DNA of 64,000 nt, from positions 84,196,001 through 84,260,000 of the forward strand of contig OX597825.1 of NCBI GenBank assembly GCA_951406725.2. The letters run 5' to 3'. The notes under the pieces are model-generated. The model had not been told where the DNA came from and did no database searches. It worked only from the letters and a program-made list of their open reading frames with translations. A program made the position numbers and the translations under genes. This DNA is from Octopus vulgaris. Taxonomy: Eukaryota. Shown in pieces: positions 13,151 through 28,340 of this stretch. Within the stretch, counting starts at the first letter, position 1; each line of letters starts with the position of its first letter.

Positions 13151-13927
13151 CTGTATATATATGCATATATATATATACATATACATATGTGTGTATGTGT
13201 GTGTGTACGTGTGTGAGTGCGTGTCGACCGGTGCTAATTTGTTTATGTCCTTGTAATTTAATAGGTTGAAAAAATGATTAAGAAAGAAATCTCCATACAT
13301 ACTGGCGACGATTTGATCTACTAACCCTATCACAGTGGTGCCACAGCATGGCCGTAGCTGCAACACAGCGACTGAAACAAGTAAGAGATTAAAGGAACAA
13401 AAGAAAATTTATACTCTCGAACCAATATATTTCCTTAATGTATTACCGTTGGCTAAAATTGAAACTCTCGGTGCTAATGGACTTGAAAGCAAGATGAAGT
13501 GAGAATCTGGTGGCGAAATCTAGCAGAGAATTATATAGATATGATAATATTGGGTCTTATCAATCAAAGAGAGTGTAATCAGTAGTGAATGGAAGGTCGT
13601 AGATCAGGAAATATAGTGAGGGAAGTTGGACAGATGGAATAATTTGGAGAAAGAAAAGAAACAGTATTTAGTCAGCCATTAAAGAAATGTGTCAGAGAAT
13701 GGACGAGACATAAAAGTAAATTTAAAACATCTTCAAAGGATTTGCGCGATCGACATAACAATTTGTGTGTTATGTTGTGTGTAGTGTGTGTATGTATGTG
13801 TGTGTGTGTGTGTGTGAGTGTGTGAGTGTGTGTATGAGTGTGTGTGAGTGTGTGTAGTGAGTTGCGTCTTGTGTGCGTGCATTTACATATATACCTATAC
13901 TTGTATACATTTATGCGTATGTGAGTG

Positions 13928-13991
<64 letters not shown>

Positions 13992-14147
13992 TACATATAC
14001 ACACTTGCAAATACGCAGGTTAGTATTTCTTATCTGTCTACACACTCACACACACACACACACGCATATACATGCACATATACGTGTCTACATCTATTCA
14101 TATATATGAATATGCGTATGCAGATATATACATGCATCTTTATATAA

Positions 14148-14188
<41 letters not shown>

Positions 14189-14221
14189 CATTCACACACA
14201 CACACACACATACACACACAC

Positions 14222-14271
<50 letters not shown>

Positions 14272-15479
14272 TCACATTCATATATATATTTGTGTGAGTG
14301 CGTCTACATGTATACGTGTGTGTGAGTGTACATGTCTGTATATATATAGGCATGTATTTATGCTTTAATATATTTGATGGTAAATATAAGTCCAGAATGT
14401 TTACGCACGCGCAAACATTTTCTCATACAGAAGTTAAAATACAGAGATACTATTTGAGAACTAACAGAAGGTTTGATCATACTGACAATGGCGTTTAAAC
14501 TAAAACGTGTCGACTGTGAAATTCTTTCTTTATTACATTAGACACTTTAACTTGAGTAGAATGAGTACGATTTCAGCGTTAGAAGATTAATGATAACTTT
14601 ATTATGTAACATGGTAAATCAAATTCGTTATCTTGCCTCTGAATAAGGAAAATATCTCAAATGATATATTTTTTTGCTTTCTTCAATGGCGAAAAAATTG
14701 ACAGAAGATATGACGTTCATTTTTAGTTAACAGAAAAGTCATTGGGTATAGAGGAAAAAAAATAACGATAGAGGTTATGATAGTCATGTCTTTCGAAAGA
14801 GCATGTGGGGTGTACGGCTTATAAATTTGCTTCAACAAAGTTTTGAAACTTAGTTCTATGTGTGAGGTAATATCTCGAATTTACTACTTTCGCTTCATTT
14901 TGCCAAGTAAAAGATTTATTCCCAGACATCAATGGCTGTCTTGTGTTTCATGATGGCGCTCATTGAAGCTTAATATCATAACTTGTCATGTTTTCATCGC
15001 GAAACGCACACTCGTATATAAATACACACAGATGCACATATATACACATAGAAACGTGTAAACGCGTATAAACACACTTATGTGTATGTGTGTGCGTTTG
15101 TTTTATTTAGAGCAATATCTCTCTCAACATCATTCAAAAGCAGTTTATTAAAGACAAACGGCAAAGCAGGTTTTATTACATGACATATTAAACTAATATA
15201 CATACGTGTATATGTATATCATATATACATATTATGTTAAATATATATATATATACATATATATGTATATATATGTATGTATGTATATATTTATGTATAT
15301 ATGTATGTATGTATGTATGTACATTAGTGTGTGCGCGTATAAACTTCAGAGCTTTCCATAATTAGGCTTAAGTAAATTATTTAATTAAATATAACAAATA
15401 ATACACCCACACAATTTTACATATATTCGTATTCGCATTTGCCCTTTGTCTCTCTTCCTGTCTCAAATATTCTACTCAA

Positions 15480-15906
15480 CACCACAGATTTGCTTGTCGG
15501 TTGTTTGACCTGACCCAGATGAGCATGACCCTCAGTGGCTGACGATATATTCATCTCTGCTTACGACCAGAAGTAGTAGGGGAGGGGAATTGTTTTTAGT
15601 TTTAGTAGTTTATTTCTGGAAATAAGGATGTTTCGTTCACCACCCTTAAACAACCCTTATGCAGAGACCTTTTGAGTGGCATGGGTTATTTGACAGGAAG
15701 AAAATTTCAACTGGGCCCCACCTACAAGGTCATGCGCTGTCTGTTTATCTTGATATGAGATCACCAAGTCTCGCACATTTGGTTGTGATGCATGTGCCTG
15801 GTGTACCCTTATCAGACGGGTAGTCATGATGGGTATACTGGGCTTCGTACATTTGTACCCCAGTGTCACTTTGATGGCATGCACTGCTCTCTCACTCAAT
15901 AATAAT
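15480..15906 (+). mobile_element. Retroposon 3' segment ending in (AAT)n
   Basis: GC-richer non-coding block ending gcactgctctctcactcaataataat, like the tails of the Dong-type inserts. Confidence 0.45.
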
Positions 15907-16001
15907 GAAAATAGTAAAGACGATGATGATGATAATAGTGTTGGTGGTGATGATGATGATGATGATGATAATGATGATGATGATGATAATGGTGTTGGTG
16001 G

Positions 16002-16059
<58 letters not shown>

Positions 16060-16529
16060 AAAAATTATTTTAATGATCAGGAGGGCCGCGAAACATTTAG
16101 AAAAATACAAACACGAGAGGGGTTACGTAGAAACGTACTATCTGCAAGAGAAGTCCCAAAGATCTTACATGAATTCCGCAAAAGGGGAAAAATAAAGTGT
16201 CTATCTATCAATATATCTATCTACCAGGCGACCCACCTACCTGTCAGTCTCTCTGTCTCTATCGCTGTCTCTCTATCAGTCACTCTATATTTACCGACTT
16301 CTCGTTCAATACTAAAAGTGCAGTAAAGGAATCATAATTCAATTGTTAAATTTCTATATTGTTGATGAAAATAGTTCTTTATTTCTTTTGAAGTGTGCGA
16401 ATGATTTTAGCTATGAATGTTACTTTTGTATCTGACCTACACGAAACCAGATTTTATCGACCGAAATTCTCCGCAGTTGGTAAAATACACAGCCGACAAA
16501 GACACGCACATCTGCAAGGATCAAATATA

Positions 16530-16652
<123 letters not shown>

Positions 16653-17865
16653 CATTTTAAGCCTTTAGCAAAATGAATGTTAACACTATCTTTAGAGTGT
16701 TATATCTTTTAAGTGGTCTTACAGTTAATGATGCCAGGAGAGTTTAGGGTATAAAAGTCAATCAGACTATTAAAGGGGCGTCTTAAATCAAAGATTCCGT
16801 GTTTGACGTATTTCAAAAGGATTGGCATAAATCAAAGTGTTCTTTATTGAAAAGAAGAAAGAAATCTTGTGTAGCGTATTATTTTATTTAGTTATTGAAC
16901 TGTGACTAGGATGTTTCATCGTCTGCAGTTTATTTTCTCTGTTTTCGATTGATGATGTCACCGTATTTCTTAACGACCGGTGATTTATTTTTATAGATTT
17001 GCAAAATAAAAAAAAAATAAAAGAGAAGTCCCACGATTTGAACTTAAAACGTTAAGAGAACCTAGCCAAGTACTACAAGATATTTGTCTGATACTCCAAA
17101 TATTCAGGTATTCAGGAGTTGTGATTAAAATCTAACAAGGGTTTTAATAAGGTGCGTGAACGAATGTGGCCAAGCGGTTAATGTGTTGGAGTTTCGATCG
17201 CAAGACCATGCTTTCGATACCCAAAACCGGTAGTCGAGGTATGCTCTTGAGAAAAGCACTTCATTTCATGTTGCTTCAGTCACCTCAGCTGTGAATGATT
17301 GACCCTGCGATTTTAGTCCATCGAAGGGTAATTAATATTATTTTCAGTAATGTCTATTTATAGAATGAGAAGAAAACTAAATTGAAAGCAATAGCATTGG
17401 TGGGGCAATTAATGGTTTTAATAAAAGTTAAAGTTCTGCCCTTCTGCTCCTCCTTCTCTCTCTCTCTCTGCTCTCCTTCTCTCCCCCTTCTACTCCTCCT
17501 TCTGATCCTCCCTCCTGATCAAATGAATGCAAGTTATACTCGTTTAGAACAGCTGAAAATCGGCGTCTGCAAAACAGTGGGGCGCCTCATCAGTCTCCAA
17601 TTCTACTAGAAATACTAGTCAAAACTTGCTCGAATATTGCTATCATTTAAATGAAATGAGCACACGTTATATATAAGGTAGGATACAAATTGGTTGGTCA
17701 TCAGTGGAATGTCACGAAACTAGGTCTTTTACATTAGTTGGCCTGGGACTGAACAGCAGAATTATCAACAATAATATGAGATGGAGTGGAAATCGATGCA
17801 GTAGACCGTAAATTGTGAACGGTCCCAGACGAGTATCAACGTGGAGAAGGTGACTCGATGCTGGG

Positions 17866-17965
17866 NNNNNNNNNNNNNNNNNNNNNNNNNNNNNNNNNNN
17901 NNNNNNNNNNNNNNNNNNNNNNNNNNNNNNNNNNNNNNNNNNNNNNNNNNNNNNNNNNNNNNNNN
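17866..17965. other. Assembly gap (100 N)
   Basis: Run of exactly 100 N. Confidence 1.
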
Positions 17966-18584
17966 TGTGTGTAGCATGAAACATTTGGACTGATCATAGT
18001 TTAAACGTTTTAATTTTTCTTCTTTAAAAAAAAAACATTTTCCGTTGATTCTTTCGTGTTTCCGTCTCAAATCTGTTCTCGTTTTTTTCCATTAAAATGT
18101 CTTCGTTTCATTTATATATCTTTTTTTATGTATCTTATTTTAAGTGTTCATTACACATCATTTTTTTAACCCAGTATTTAAGCAGCTGCAATACACCAGT
18201 TTTGTAATAATTACAGTTTGTTGTCAATTTAAACACAACATTTAAGAGACATATCAAAATAAACCTGTCAGAAAACGAGAGTAAATTGAAATAAATAACG
18301 GTCTTTCCTTTTTCGTGTCTATGCAAACCGAATCCTCAATTGGTACTTTTCTTTACCGTTCCTTTTTTGAATTTTATAACATTTTGTTCCTGTACCTTCA
18401 GGAGTTTTGAAGATACACCTTAGAATATACAGCGAAAACAAAACCAAAGAAAAAAAATGGTTGCTTGTTTAAAATGTTGTGTATGGTATAACAGTATTTA
18501 TCTACAAAAAAAATAGTAAGTGTTCATTTTCATACGTGGAATTTTGGCATAACATTAACAATAAGAGCAACTTCAAAAGTAAAG

Positions 18585-18673
<89 letters not shown>

Positions 18674-18977
18674 CAAAAGAAAGCAATTGAGAGGAACATA
18701 AAAATACGGTAACACATCTTCTGAAGACGATGCTAGGCACACATCAAGAAGCATCTAGTGGGCCATGAAACGCCCTCTTGAAAGTTTGGACATAATGTGC
18801 TTACAAGAGTTAAAGTACTTGACAGCTACTTTATTTTATCGCCCCGGAAAGGATGAAAGGTAGAGTCGATGTCGGTGAAATTTGAACTGAGACCGTAAAG
18901 AGCCGGAAGAAATGCCGCTAAGCATTTCGTCCGATGCCTTAATGATACAGCAAAAATGATGCATTGATAATAATAAC

Positions 18978-19049
<72 letters not shown>

Positions 19050-19050
<1 letters not shown>

Positions 19051-19402
19051 GCAGAAATAAAAAAATGATAGTGCTCATGGGAATTGCCCATATCCTACGA
19101 AAAATTCTTTGTAATTCGAAAAACATTTTAATCTGTAATCAAACGTAATTTTAAATATACATAAAATGGTAAACACTTTTTACTGCCATCTTAAGGTGAC
19201 ACTATCATCTACTTTTGAAAGAAATGTTTAATTTTTTAAATGATTTGACAGAATTCCTCTGGAACAATAGTTTGTATAAATCCAAAAAGCATGGCCGTTA
19301 TCAACTATTTTATTTATAATACCGACTTGACCTTGTCTCTTGAGGTCTCTGGATGAGACTTGAAGTAAACTTGTATAAACTCAAAGCAAAAGCCAAAACA
19401 TA

Positions 19403-19403
<1 letters not shown>
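19050..19403 (+). mobile_element. 3' end and 3' UTR of an R4/Dong-type element
   Basis: IVLMGIAHILRKIL C-terminal motif, then UTR; (AAT)n on both flanks. Confidence 0.7.
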
Positions 19404-19465
<62 letters not shown>

Positions 19466-21313
19466 TAATAATTCATACTTTTATTTGCCTGGCATTTCGA
19501 TCCAGCCATACAATAAAACGCTTATACAGGTGTCAACGAAAAGGTGAGGATGACTAAAAGCGCCAAAATGTATGGCTGTACTAAAATTGCTTTTAACAAT
19601 AACAAGAATAAATGAATATATGTGAAGTCATTCACTCACAAAATGATAAACCTGCATCTAAATAGGGCCAGAGCATCACAGGACCCTTCTCGTCTGCCAC
19701 TCATTGTATTGGTATTTTGTGCATTTAAAAGCTCCTGTAAGTATTAATTGCGTTGGAGAGGGCAACATATAAAGCGTGTTTCTTTCTGCAGCAATGCTTG
19801 ACTCATGCTATAATAACACATTACTATGGTTTTCCATCTTATATTGTCATCCGAATGGCTGTTAATACTTTACTCCATTTCCTCGTCAACGTCGTCAGCC
19901 CCATCTTCTTCTGCTTCCTATCCTGCTCCTCCATCCCCTTATCATTCTCACAATCAACCTCCAGAACGTCAAGCTCTGCCATCATGGAAGTGTTCCTTTC
20001 CGCATCACCCTAAATCTCATACTGGCCCTGTCCTCAACGGAGCGTGTGCTTCCTCTCAGCGATTTGATTGTTTTCCCCCCGTTTCTCACCTCTGTTCATC
20101 GATCGTCTGCTTTTCGCAATCGCAACCTTTTGAGGATAATATTCCTTGCAATAGATATGTTAAGACACTCCAAATTGTCGGCTTTAGGAACTCAGAACAA
20201 CATCGTAAAAGACATCTTGATCGACAAAGAAAATTTCATCACACACACACCAGCCAGTACTACTATACTTATTCTCATGAAGGCATAAAGAAATCTGCTC
20301 CGCTCTTAATGACACAGAGATAATTGGCTTTTCTTTCTCTGACACCCTTGGATAAAAGGGCTTTTACAAAGTTAGCCTTTCTTAGGTACATAATCCTGAG
20401 AAATGTTTTTATTCTCAGCAAGGAATATAAATTCAGTACTTGTTTGAACTTGTGGCGTTAATGGACAAAAGAGTAATTTATTTTTCGCAGTTTTCTCCAT
20501 CTAGCAAATGTGTGCGTGCTTCTGAGCGCGTTGTACTTGTAAATTTTACGTCGGAATTGTTCAAAGTAATGTGATTATTGTCTATCGAAAAGCAATTTGT
20601 GTACCCCTTCAATTATTATATACAGCTATGTGAGTAGGGTTCTTATCTTAATCTTCTTACTAATCTTAATCTTATTTATGTTACTTTTTTTGTGTAGTCG
20701 GCTTTGGGTTTCCAGGCAAAAAGCCATCTTAAAAATGTAAGTTAAATTAAAATTGATAAAAATGTTAAAAGCTAGTTATAGGTTAGACTTTGTATATGGA
20801 TATGGCCCGAGTGTTGCAGGAAAAAGGAATGAGAAAAAATATTTAAAAAAAAACAATAAAGAGAAATTTTCCTTCTGTTATTCTTGGCAAAATTAAAATT
20901 GAATTGCGTCGAGCAAGCAGAAGTATGAATGGATGAAAACAAAGCGACAACAATAAGAGCAGAAATAACTACAATAACAACGACTACGATGAAGACGACG
21001 ACGACAGCAACGAGAACAACAATAGTAAAATAGCAACAACAACGGTTTTTAAGCTTTCCAATATATCGCTTTCTTTAACATTAATTTTACACAACCACAA
21101 CATTCACACATATTTGTGTGAAGAGCATCATAAGTATTTTGTCCTCTCAGGGAAAACGGAAAACGAAATTGGAATTCAGCTGGATTTGAAATCAGAATGT
21201 CCGATGAAGTTATTGTAAGAATGTTGTTTGCACGCGATCGATCGAGTTGACCTTTCTCTTATTATGTTTTTAAAAATTGAATTAAGATACTACCTTTACC
21301 ATATATATATATA

Positions 21314-21667
21314 CAAGGGTGAGTCAAAACGTAATGCCATTTTGTTTAGGACAGGTAGAATTAACAGCACAGGAACATGTATCACACATCAAAATGAAGC
21401 TGGTCCTATGTGGATCACATCCCTACTTCTCAACATAGTCACCGTTTCTATCAATAGCAATGTTCCACTTTCGAATGAGAGCATGTATCCCTGCCCCGTA
21501 AAATTCGGTTGACTGTTCTTCGAGCCACTTCTTCACTACAGTTTGCAGTTACTCATCACTGAAATAATGTTTGCCTCTCAAGGCCTCTTTCATGGGGCCG
21601 AAGAGATGATAGTCTAGTGATGATGATGTTCTCTAAATAAAATGGTATTACATTTAAACTCACCCTA

Positions 21668-21668
<1 letters not shown>
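21314..21668 (-). mobile_element. Internally deleted mariner element (MITE-like)
   Basis: ~36-bp imperfect TIRs (caagggtgagtcaaaacgtaatgccattttg / aaaatggtattacatttaaactcaccctag), TA on both sides; minus strand encodes transposase C-terminus GPMKEALRGKHYFSDE...GIHALIRKWNIAIDRNGDYVEK*. Confidence 0.9.
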
Positions 21669-21712
<44 letters not shown>

Positions 21713-22499
21713 TACATATATATATATATACATATATATATGTGTGTGTGTTTGTGTGTGTGTGCGTGTTTGTGTTTGTGTGTGAGTATATGTGAATATA
21801 TACACAGATACAATGAATGATTAAAAAATACTTGTTTCTAACTCTGGCGCTAAAAGTTTGCGTGAAATGTGAGACTTGTTACTTCCGACCCCAGTACATG
21901 ACTGGTCACATATTCATTGACCGCAAAGGAATGAAAAGCAATGTTAACCTCAGCGGGATTTGAACTCGGAGCGTAAAAAGCTCATCTCCTGATACTCAAA
22001 CGGTTCTATGAATCCATATTTGCTAATCCACTGTTTATGAATGAAAAATAGCAATAAAATTCATACATTTTTTGTAAAAGCATTAAAGGATTTGTTATGC
22101 ATTTATGTATTTGTCTATCGGCCTGTCTGTCATTCGGTCTGTCTGTGTGTCTATAATATATGTAGGTATATATTGCATCTATACACATATGTATATATAA
22201 CATTTAAAAGGCTTGAAATTCTTTTTACTCTTAAATTTCAATACAGATGTTAAATATTTATTATTATCATTATTATTACTATTATTTTTTTTTATTTATT
22301 ATCTAAACCAATTATTATACAATTACACCTGCACGTAAATTTTCATATCAGTTTTGATAACTTTAAAGAACAAGTACAAAAATATAAAAAAGAAATGAAA
22401 ACACCGCACACAAAAATAATAAAATAAACATTCGGTTGTTTGGTTGTATGTTGAAAAGATTATATAACACATATACAAGTCAATATATACGTATATATG

Positions 22500-22560
<61 letters not shown>

Positions 22561-23849
22561 CTATTTCTAATATGCTTTTTTAATATATAATTGTTTGTTT
22601 TTATTTCGGCTTTATGGGTATTTCTTTTTGCTGTATTGTTATACATTAAAGATAATATAAAAATTCTCCCCACAAATACGTTTTCGTAACTTTTTTTATG
22701 CAATTTTTCCTTTCGCTTCTAACAATAAACCTTGTGGTTGTTTGTTGCTGTTATATATTTTGACAATAAATGGGGAAAATAGAATTTAAAAGTAACCAAA
22801 AGCAAACACTACATCAAATATGATCACAGATAAAGTAGGAGTAAAATCTGTCATAAAGCAAACGTTTTAGTGTAGAGAGATCTATCACATCAGTTATTGG
22901 TATGGTTAAAATATAGTTAAACGGCGCGTACATCCGTGTATAAGCACCCACACAAATACACACATACATAGATATATACATACATATAGATACACACACT
23001 CATACATACACACGTACATACGTACATACATACGTACATACATACGTACATACATACGTACATACATACGTACATACATACGTACATACATACGTACATA
23101 CACACACATATATATGCACTCAGGCACATACATTTACAAGCTGGCATACGCATATAGATCAATCCGATCATTTATATAATTTATGGCTGTTTACATGAAC
23201 ACTATCAGAGTAAGTTGAGTTATCCTGAATGATATAGTCCGTTATTGATAAGAGATCTTTACTCGGTGTAACATATCCAGATATATCAATCATCAGGCTA
23301 TTAAAAGCTCGAACTCTTACGCGAGTGTCTGCGACATACATGAATTGCTGATATTCTCTACATGAATTGCTGATATTCTCTGATATTTTGTAGAGAATAT
23401 CAGAAGATATACAGAAGATACAATATCTTCTGATATTGTATCATGAGATGGAAAATTTGTTAAATGAAATAACTCATGATATATACTCTTGTCAACGAGT
23501 TGTTTACCTTGTGTTAGTTAAAACATTGTTAATAAACTTATAAAATCGTAAATCTAGAAAGGTAATTATTATAATTATGTGGTACCAGTAAAAAATCATT
23601 ATAAACTACAGTGAATTACTAGAATACATTGATTGTATATAGAATACAAATTAGCAGACTATCGAATTGTTAGTTTAGAGCTCTTTACCAAATATCACCA
23701 CTAAGATAAATATCTACTTATCTAGCAGTTCAATATACAACTATAGACATTTGGGGATTTAACCTAATAAAAGATATTCCTAATCTATATAATTTCTACC
23801 TTATATACTGTCAATTCTTCTACCTTATATACTGTCATGAATGACTATG

Positions 23850-24122
23850 AGATTACACATAGAAACTCCCCCTACGAGGCACAAGTCCAGGAAAGGTTGT
23901 TTACGGAAGAGCAACAGTCGTCCATGCATACCAATCACCCCTCTCCACGTCACCGATGTTATTCAAGGGAAAGGCAAAGGGGCCGATACAGCTTGGCACC
24001 AGTGACGTCGCAACACATTTCTACAACTGAGTGAAATGGAACAGAAGAAGGTGAAATAAAGTGTCTTGTTCAAGACCACAACACACACACGATTGTGAAC
24101 CCGGCGCTCTAACCACTGCGCC
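23850..24122 (-). mobile_element. tRNA-derived SINE family C (CORE-like body)
   Basis: Minus strand head gcagtggttagagcgccgggttc, then gtcttgaacaagacactttatttcac..cactcagttgtagaaatg; related copy at 17152-17330 (+). Confidence 0.6.
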
Positions 24123-24848
24123 TTCAAAATTCTTGGCAGTAACTAATGAAATCATATCAAAATACAAACATTACTTGTTTCTTGGTCTCAACTAATTATA
24201 TTTCCAATATACAAAAGCAGACTACAGTTTATCATCTACTACTAATAACCCAATTCACATCAGTGACGTTAAATCGTATGTAAATTACTCCCATTCTTCA
24301 TCTTCGAAATTGTAACACCTTAGCTCTCCGCATGCACTACCACATAACAAGTTATTAAAGATTTCTTATTTTTACTAATCTCAAAAAACGAAAAAAAAAT
24401 CCTCTGACTCAAAGAGGATATACGAGGATTTATTCGTCATTGCACTACCACATAACCATTATACAATATCGGAAATTCTAATGGAATAAAGAAGCAATTC
24501 TTATATGTTAGAGATATTCGAATTGTTGAATGATAGTTCAGTACAGCTGGATACCAATGTCTGCTCCCAATGTATTAACAGTGATGGATACTAGCGTTTA
24601 AAACACACAGACACACAGACAAGTACAGAAACACACACGCGCACACACACACATAATGAAATACAAAAATACACACACACACACAAACACACATACCTGT
24701 ATCCATTGCAGCATAAGTATATAGATATCAGAAACATTCCTTCATTTTAAATCTATGAAAATATGCAGTGTATCTATGCCTATATAAGTTTATTTGTATG
24801 CATGTATATAATATATACATGTATATAAATAAGCATATGCCAAAAATA

Positions 24849-24948
<100 letters not shown>

Positions 24949-25557
24949 TGTGTGTGTGCGTTTGTGTGTGTATGTATATTCGGTAGATTCAGACAGACAC
25001 GCCAACTAACTATATTTCCTCAAACTTCATGAAAGTATCAAAAATAATGTTTTCTTGTGTGTCTGCCATTGTGTATGCGCGTGTGTTTTCGATTCTGTAC
25101 AGCTTGTAATCTCCATGTACCCTTATATTATTGAATCTCAATAAAAATCTTCCCTGGAGTCGTGCTAAAACTTGCAACAATTTAATGGCGGCATGTTTTA
25201 ATTTTTTACATGTTGACATCTCTTCCCATCATCTGAATACATATATGTGACATGTCAGATATTTCTTACCTAGCATTCTTCGTGAGCCATAATGGTTTTC
25301 ATTTTCCATTTTGAATTATTAATTATAGGAAGATCTACTTCTAAAGAATATCTCTTACCATCGTAAGTAAAAAAAGTGTGAGACATTCAGGAGTTAAGAA
25401 TCACATTTCAGAGAACGAGAAGAACCAGATAGGTCAGTAAGACAAAAGAACCAAAACTGCAAAATTCATAAAAGCATGTATACATACATACATACATACA
25501 TACATACATACATACGTATGTATTCATATGCACATACATACATACATACATACATAC

Positions 25558-25645
<88 letters not shown>

Positions 25646-26329
25646 GTATGTATGTATGTATACTACTTGCAGTCATACACACAGCCACACAGACACAGAC
25701 AGTCACACACACATACACACACACACACACACATATATTGCTTATCTATCCATTATCTCTTTCTATACCAATATATGTGCACACAGGCACAGACAGACAC
25801 ACGCACACAGACACACACACACGGATGCATATATACACATACATACACACATGTATACGGGCTGATAAATGTGTTACAAACGAAAAAGAATATAGTACTC
25901 AATACATAGTATTAGTAATTTTATATTTCATCCGGAATTGAAGCTTCATGAATCCCCAAACTATGTTTCGCAGGACTCATTGCTCCAGCTTTCCTTCTTC
26001 ATTCCTCCCTCTTTATCCCTAAAAGATGAACAAATATAATAAGTTTTCTCATAAGACGACCTGAATACACAAACGATTGCCCCATTTATTACGTATTCTA
26101 CATATCACAATAGAATAATGCCATTTGTATTTCCTAATATGTTTTGTTTCCTTTTAATTTATTGAATTCAATGTGTCTAATGTCTCATCATATTTTGATG
26201 TGTTTTCGATAAATTTAGATGGTATATTCTCCCAGTTCTTTTTTTTCTTTATACGCTGATTAATAGTCGCCTCAAACTCATAACAAGAATACCTCTTGCT
26301 CTGCGGCATTTATATATATGACTGGAATT

Positions 26330-26510
26330 TCTAGAAATACAAAAGACGAAGGAGACAGGGGTATGAACAACAAGCAGTTGTATTAGTTTGACGCTTGAGA
26401 AAGTGAAAAATACTTTTATATTTCGAGCCTAAGCACTTCAGCAGAAAGGAATAACAGAAAATAAACAGAGAGAGAATAATATAAAAAGAAACTTGTGGAT
26501 TTAGCTGTCA
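26330..26510 (-). mobile_element. Penelope-like pseudo-LTR remnant with degenerate hammerhead (26413-26448)
   Basis: Minus strand CTTT-CTGCTGA-A-GTGC-ttag-GCTC-GAAA-TA-TA-AAAG; related to 28085-28275 and 11520-11722; inserted next to (TA)n. Confidence 0.55.
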
Positions 26511-26582
26511 AGCATACATATATATATACACACATATATATATGTATAAATATATATATATATATAAATATATGTGTACTAC

Positions 26583-26731
26583 ATATTTACGTTTACCAAA
26601 TTCACACACAAGGCTTTGGGCGGCCCGAGGCTATAGTAGACATCACTAGCTCAAGATGCCAGGCAGTGGGACTGAACCCGGTACCATGTGGTTGGGAAGT
26701 AAGCTCCTTACCACACAGCCACGCCTGTGCC
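26583..26731 (-). mobile_element. SINE family A 5' part
   Basis: Reverse complement ggcacaggcgtggctgtgtggtaagg...gggttcagtcccactgc...gcctcgggccgcccaaagccttg. Confidence 0.8.
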
Positions 26732-26811
<80 letters not shown>

Positions 26812-27601
26812 TGCATATGTTTATATATATGAGTTTGTGTGTGTGTGTGTGTGTGTGTAAATATATGGACTCAATGTTAGATAAATTTAAATACCGTTCG
26901 TTTGTGTTTAAGATGAATAGGGCAACCTAAATCTAAATGGGTACAATATCCCTACCGGCTTCACTCATAACGGTACTCACACATACCTCTGCAAACATAT
27001 TTACTCGTACACATACGGTCCCGCATATATAGATACACAGACACACATAAAAGACCATAAAAGCTCATACACACATGTTCACTAGCAAATTCGGACACAC
27101 AATTTTACATGGGTATATTATATCTATATATATAGAGAGAATTCCTGATTGGTATGCAACACTTTGATATTCATAAAGCTATTTATCTACAAAGACAAAT
27201 ATATATATATATATATATAAATATGAATATATGTATATATATATATATATAGGTGTGTGTGTGTGTGTAAGCCATAATCATAAATATTAAAAACATACAT
27301 AAAACTTGTGCAATAATTCTTTATTGCTTTGAATATTTTGAATATTTTTTTTTATAGATTTCGACAAACTATCACTTTCCTGTAATGAAATTGGTTACGC
27401 TACACTTCAAACAAATTTCACTCATAAGGCGATGCTCCAGCATGGCCGCAGTTAAAAGACTGAAACAAGTGAAAGAATAAAAGACTACACATTCACCCAT
27501 GCATACACATATAACGTGCAAGCTATACACACACAAATATTTCCATCCTTCCCTCGCTTTCTTCCTCTCTTTCTATCTGTCTGTCTGTATATATATATAC
27601 A

Positions 27602-27659
<58 letters not shown>

Positions 27660-28050
27660 CATATCTTTATCTATATATTATATATTATACATACACACAC
27701 ATACATATGTGTGTATGTATGAGTGCATATATTTAACTGTAAGAGTATGCATATATATATATATATATATATACATACATGCATACTCTTACAGTTAAAT
27801 ATATGCACTCATACATACACACAGAAACACGCGCACATGCACGTACACATATATTTGCATAATTTTGTTACGCTCTGCAGAGTTTTTAGAATCCGTTATC
27901 TCGTCAGTCGAAATCCCACCGCTTCCTCAAGTCATACTATGATGTCATACTGTTCGTCTTTACTCATGTTACACTTTAAACGCACTTTATTTTCATATAC
28001 CTTGTGACACATACACATTCACACACAGAAGTATAAATATAAATGCGTAT

Positions 28051-28084
<34 letters not shown>

Positions 28085-28085
<1 letters not shown>

Positions 28086-28275
28086 CACATAATAAATCCA
28101 AAAAGAACAAATACAAAAAGAAAACAACAACGTGAGGACGTGGTACACGTAATGTATTAGCAGACGCTCCGGAAAGGAAAGATGGTTTAACATTTCGAGC
28201 ATACGCTCTTCGTCTGAAACAGAGGAAAGTCCAAGAGAAGGGAAGACACAGGAAGAAAATGGGCAACGGTCTTTC
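28085..28275 (-). mobile_element. Penelope-like pseudo-LTR remnant with degenerate hammerhead (28185-28220)
   Basis: Minus strand GTTT-CAGACGA-A-GAGC-gtat-GCTC-GAAA-TG-TT-AAAC; sits between two (TA)n tracts. Confidence 0.6.
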
Positions 28276-28280
28276 AATTT

Positions 28281-28340
<60 letters not shown>

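Noticed and set aside
14478-14515. Possible further hammerhead (ctgacaatggcgtttaaactaaaacgtgtc); similar weak cases at ~11880-11912 and ~18715-18755
   Set aside because: Too many core and helix mismatches to distinguish from chance.
19480-20725. ORFs 19753-20013 and 19826-20323, and a 9-bp terminal inverted match (tttgcctgg / ccaggcaaa)
   Set aside because: No recognisable domain in any frame I read and the terminal match is too short; probably a decayed unclassified repeat.
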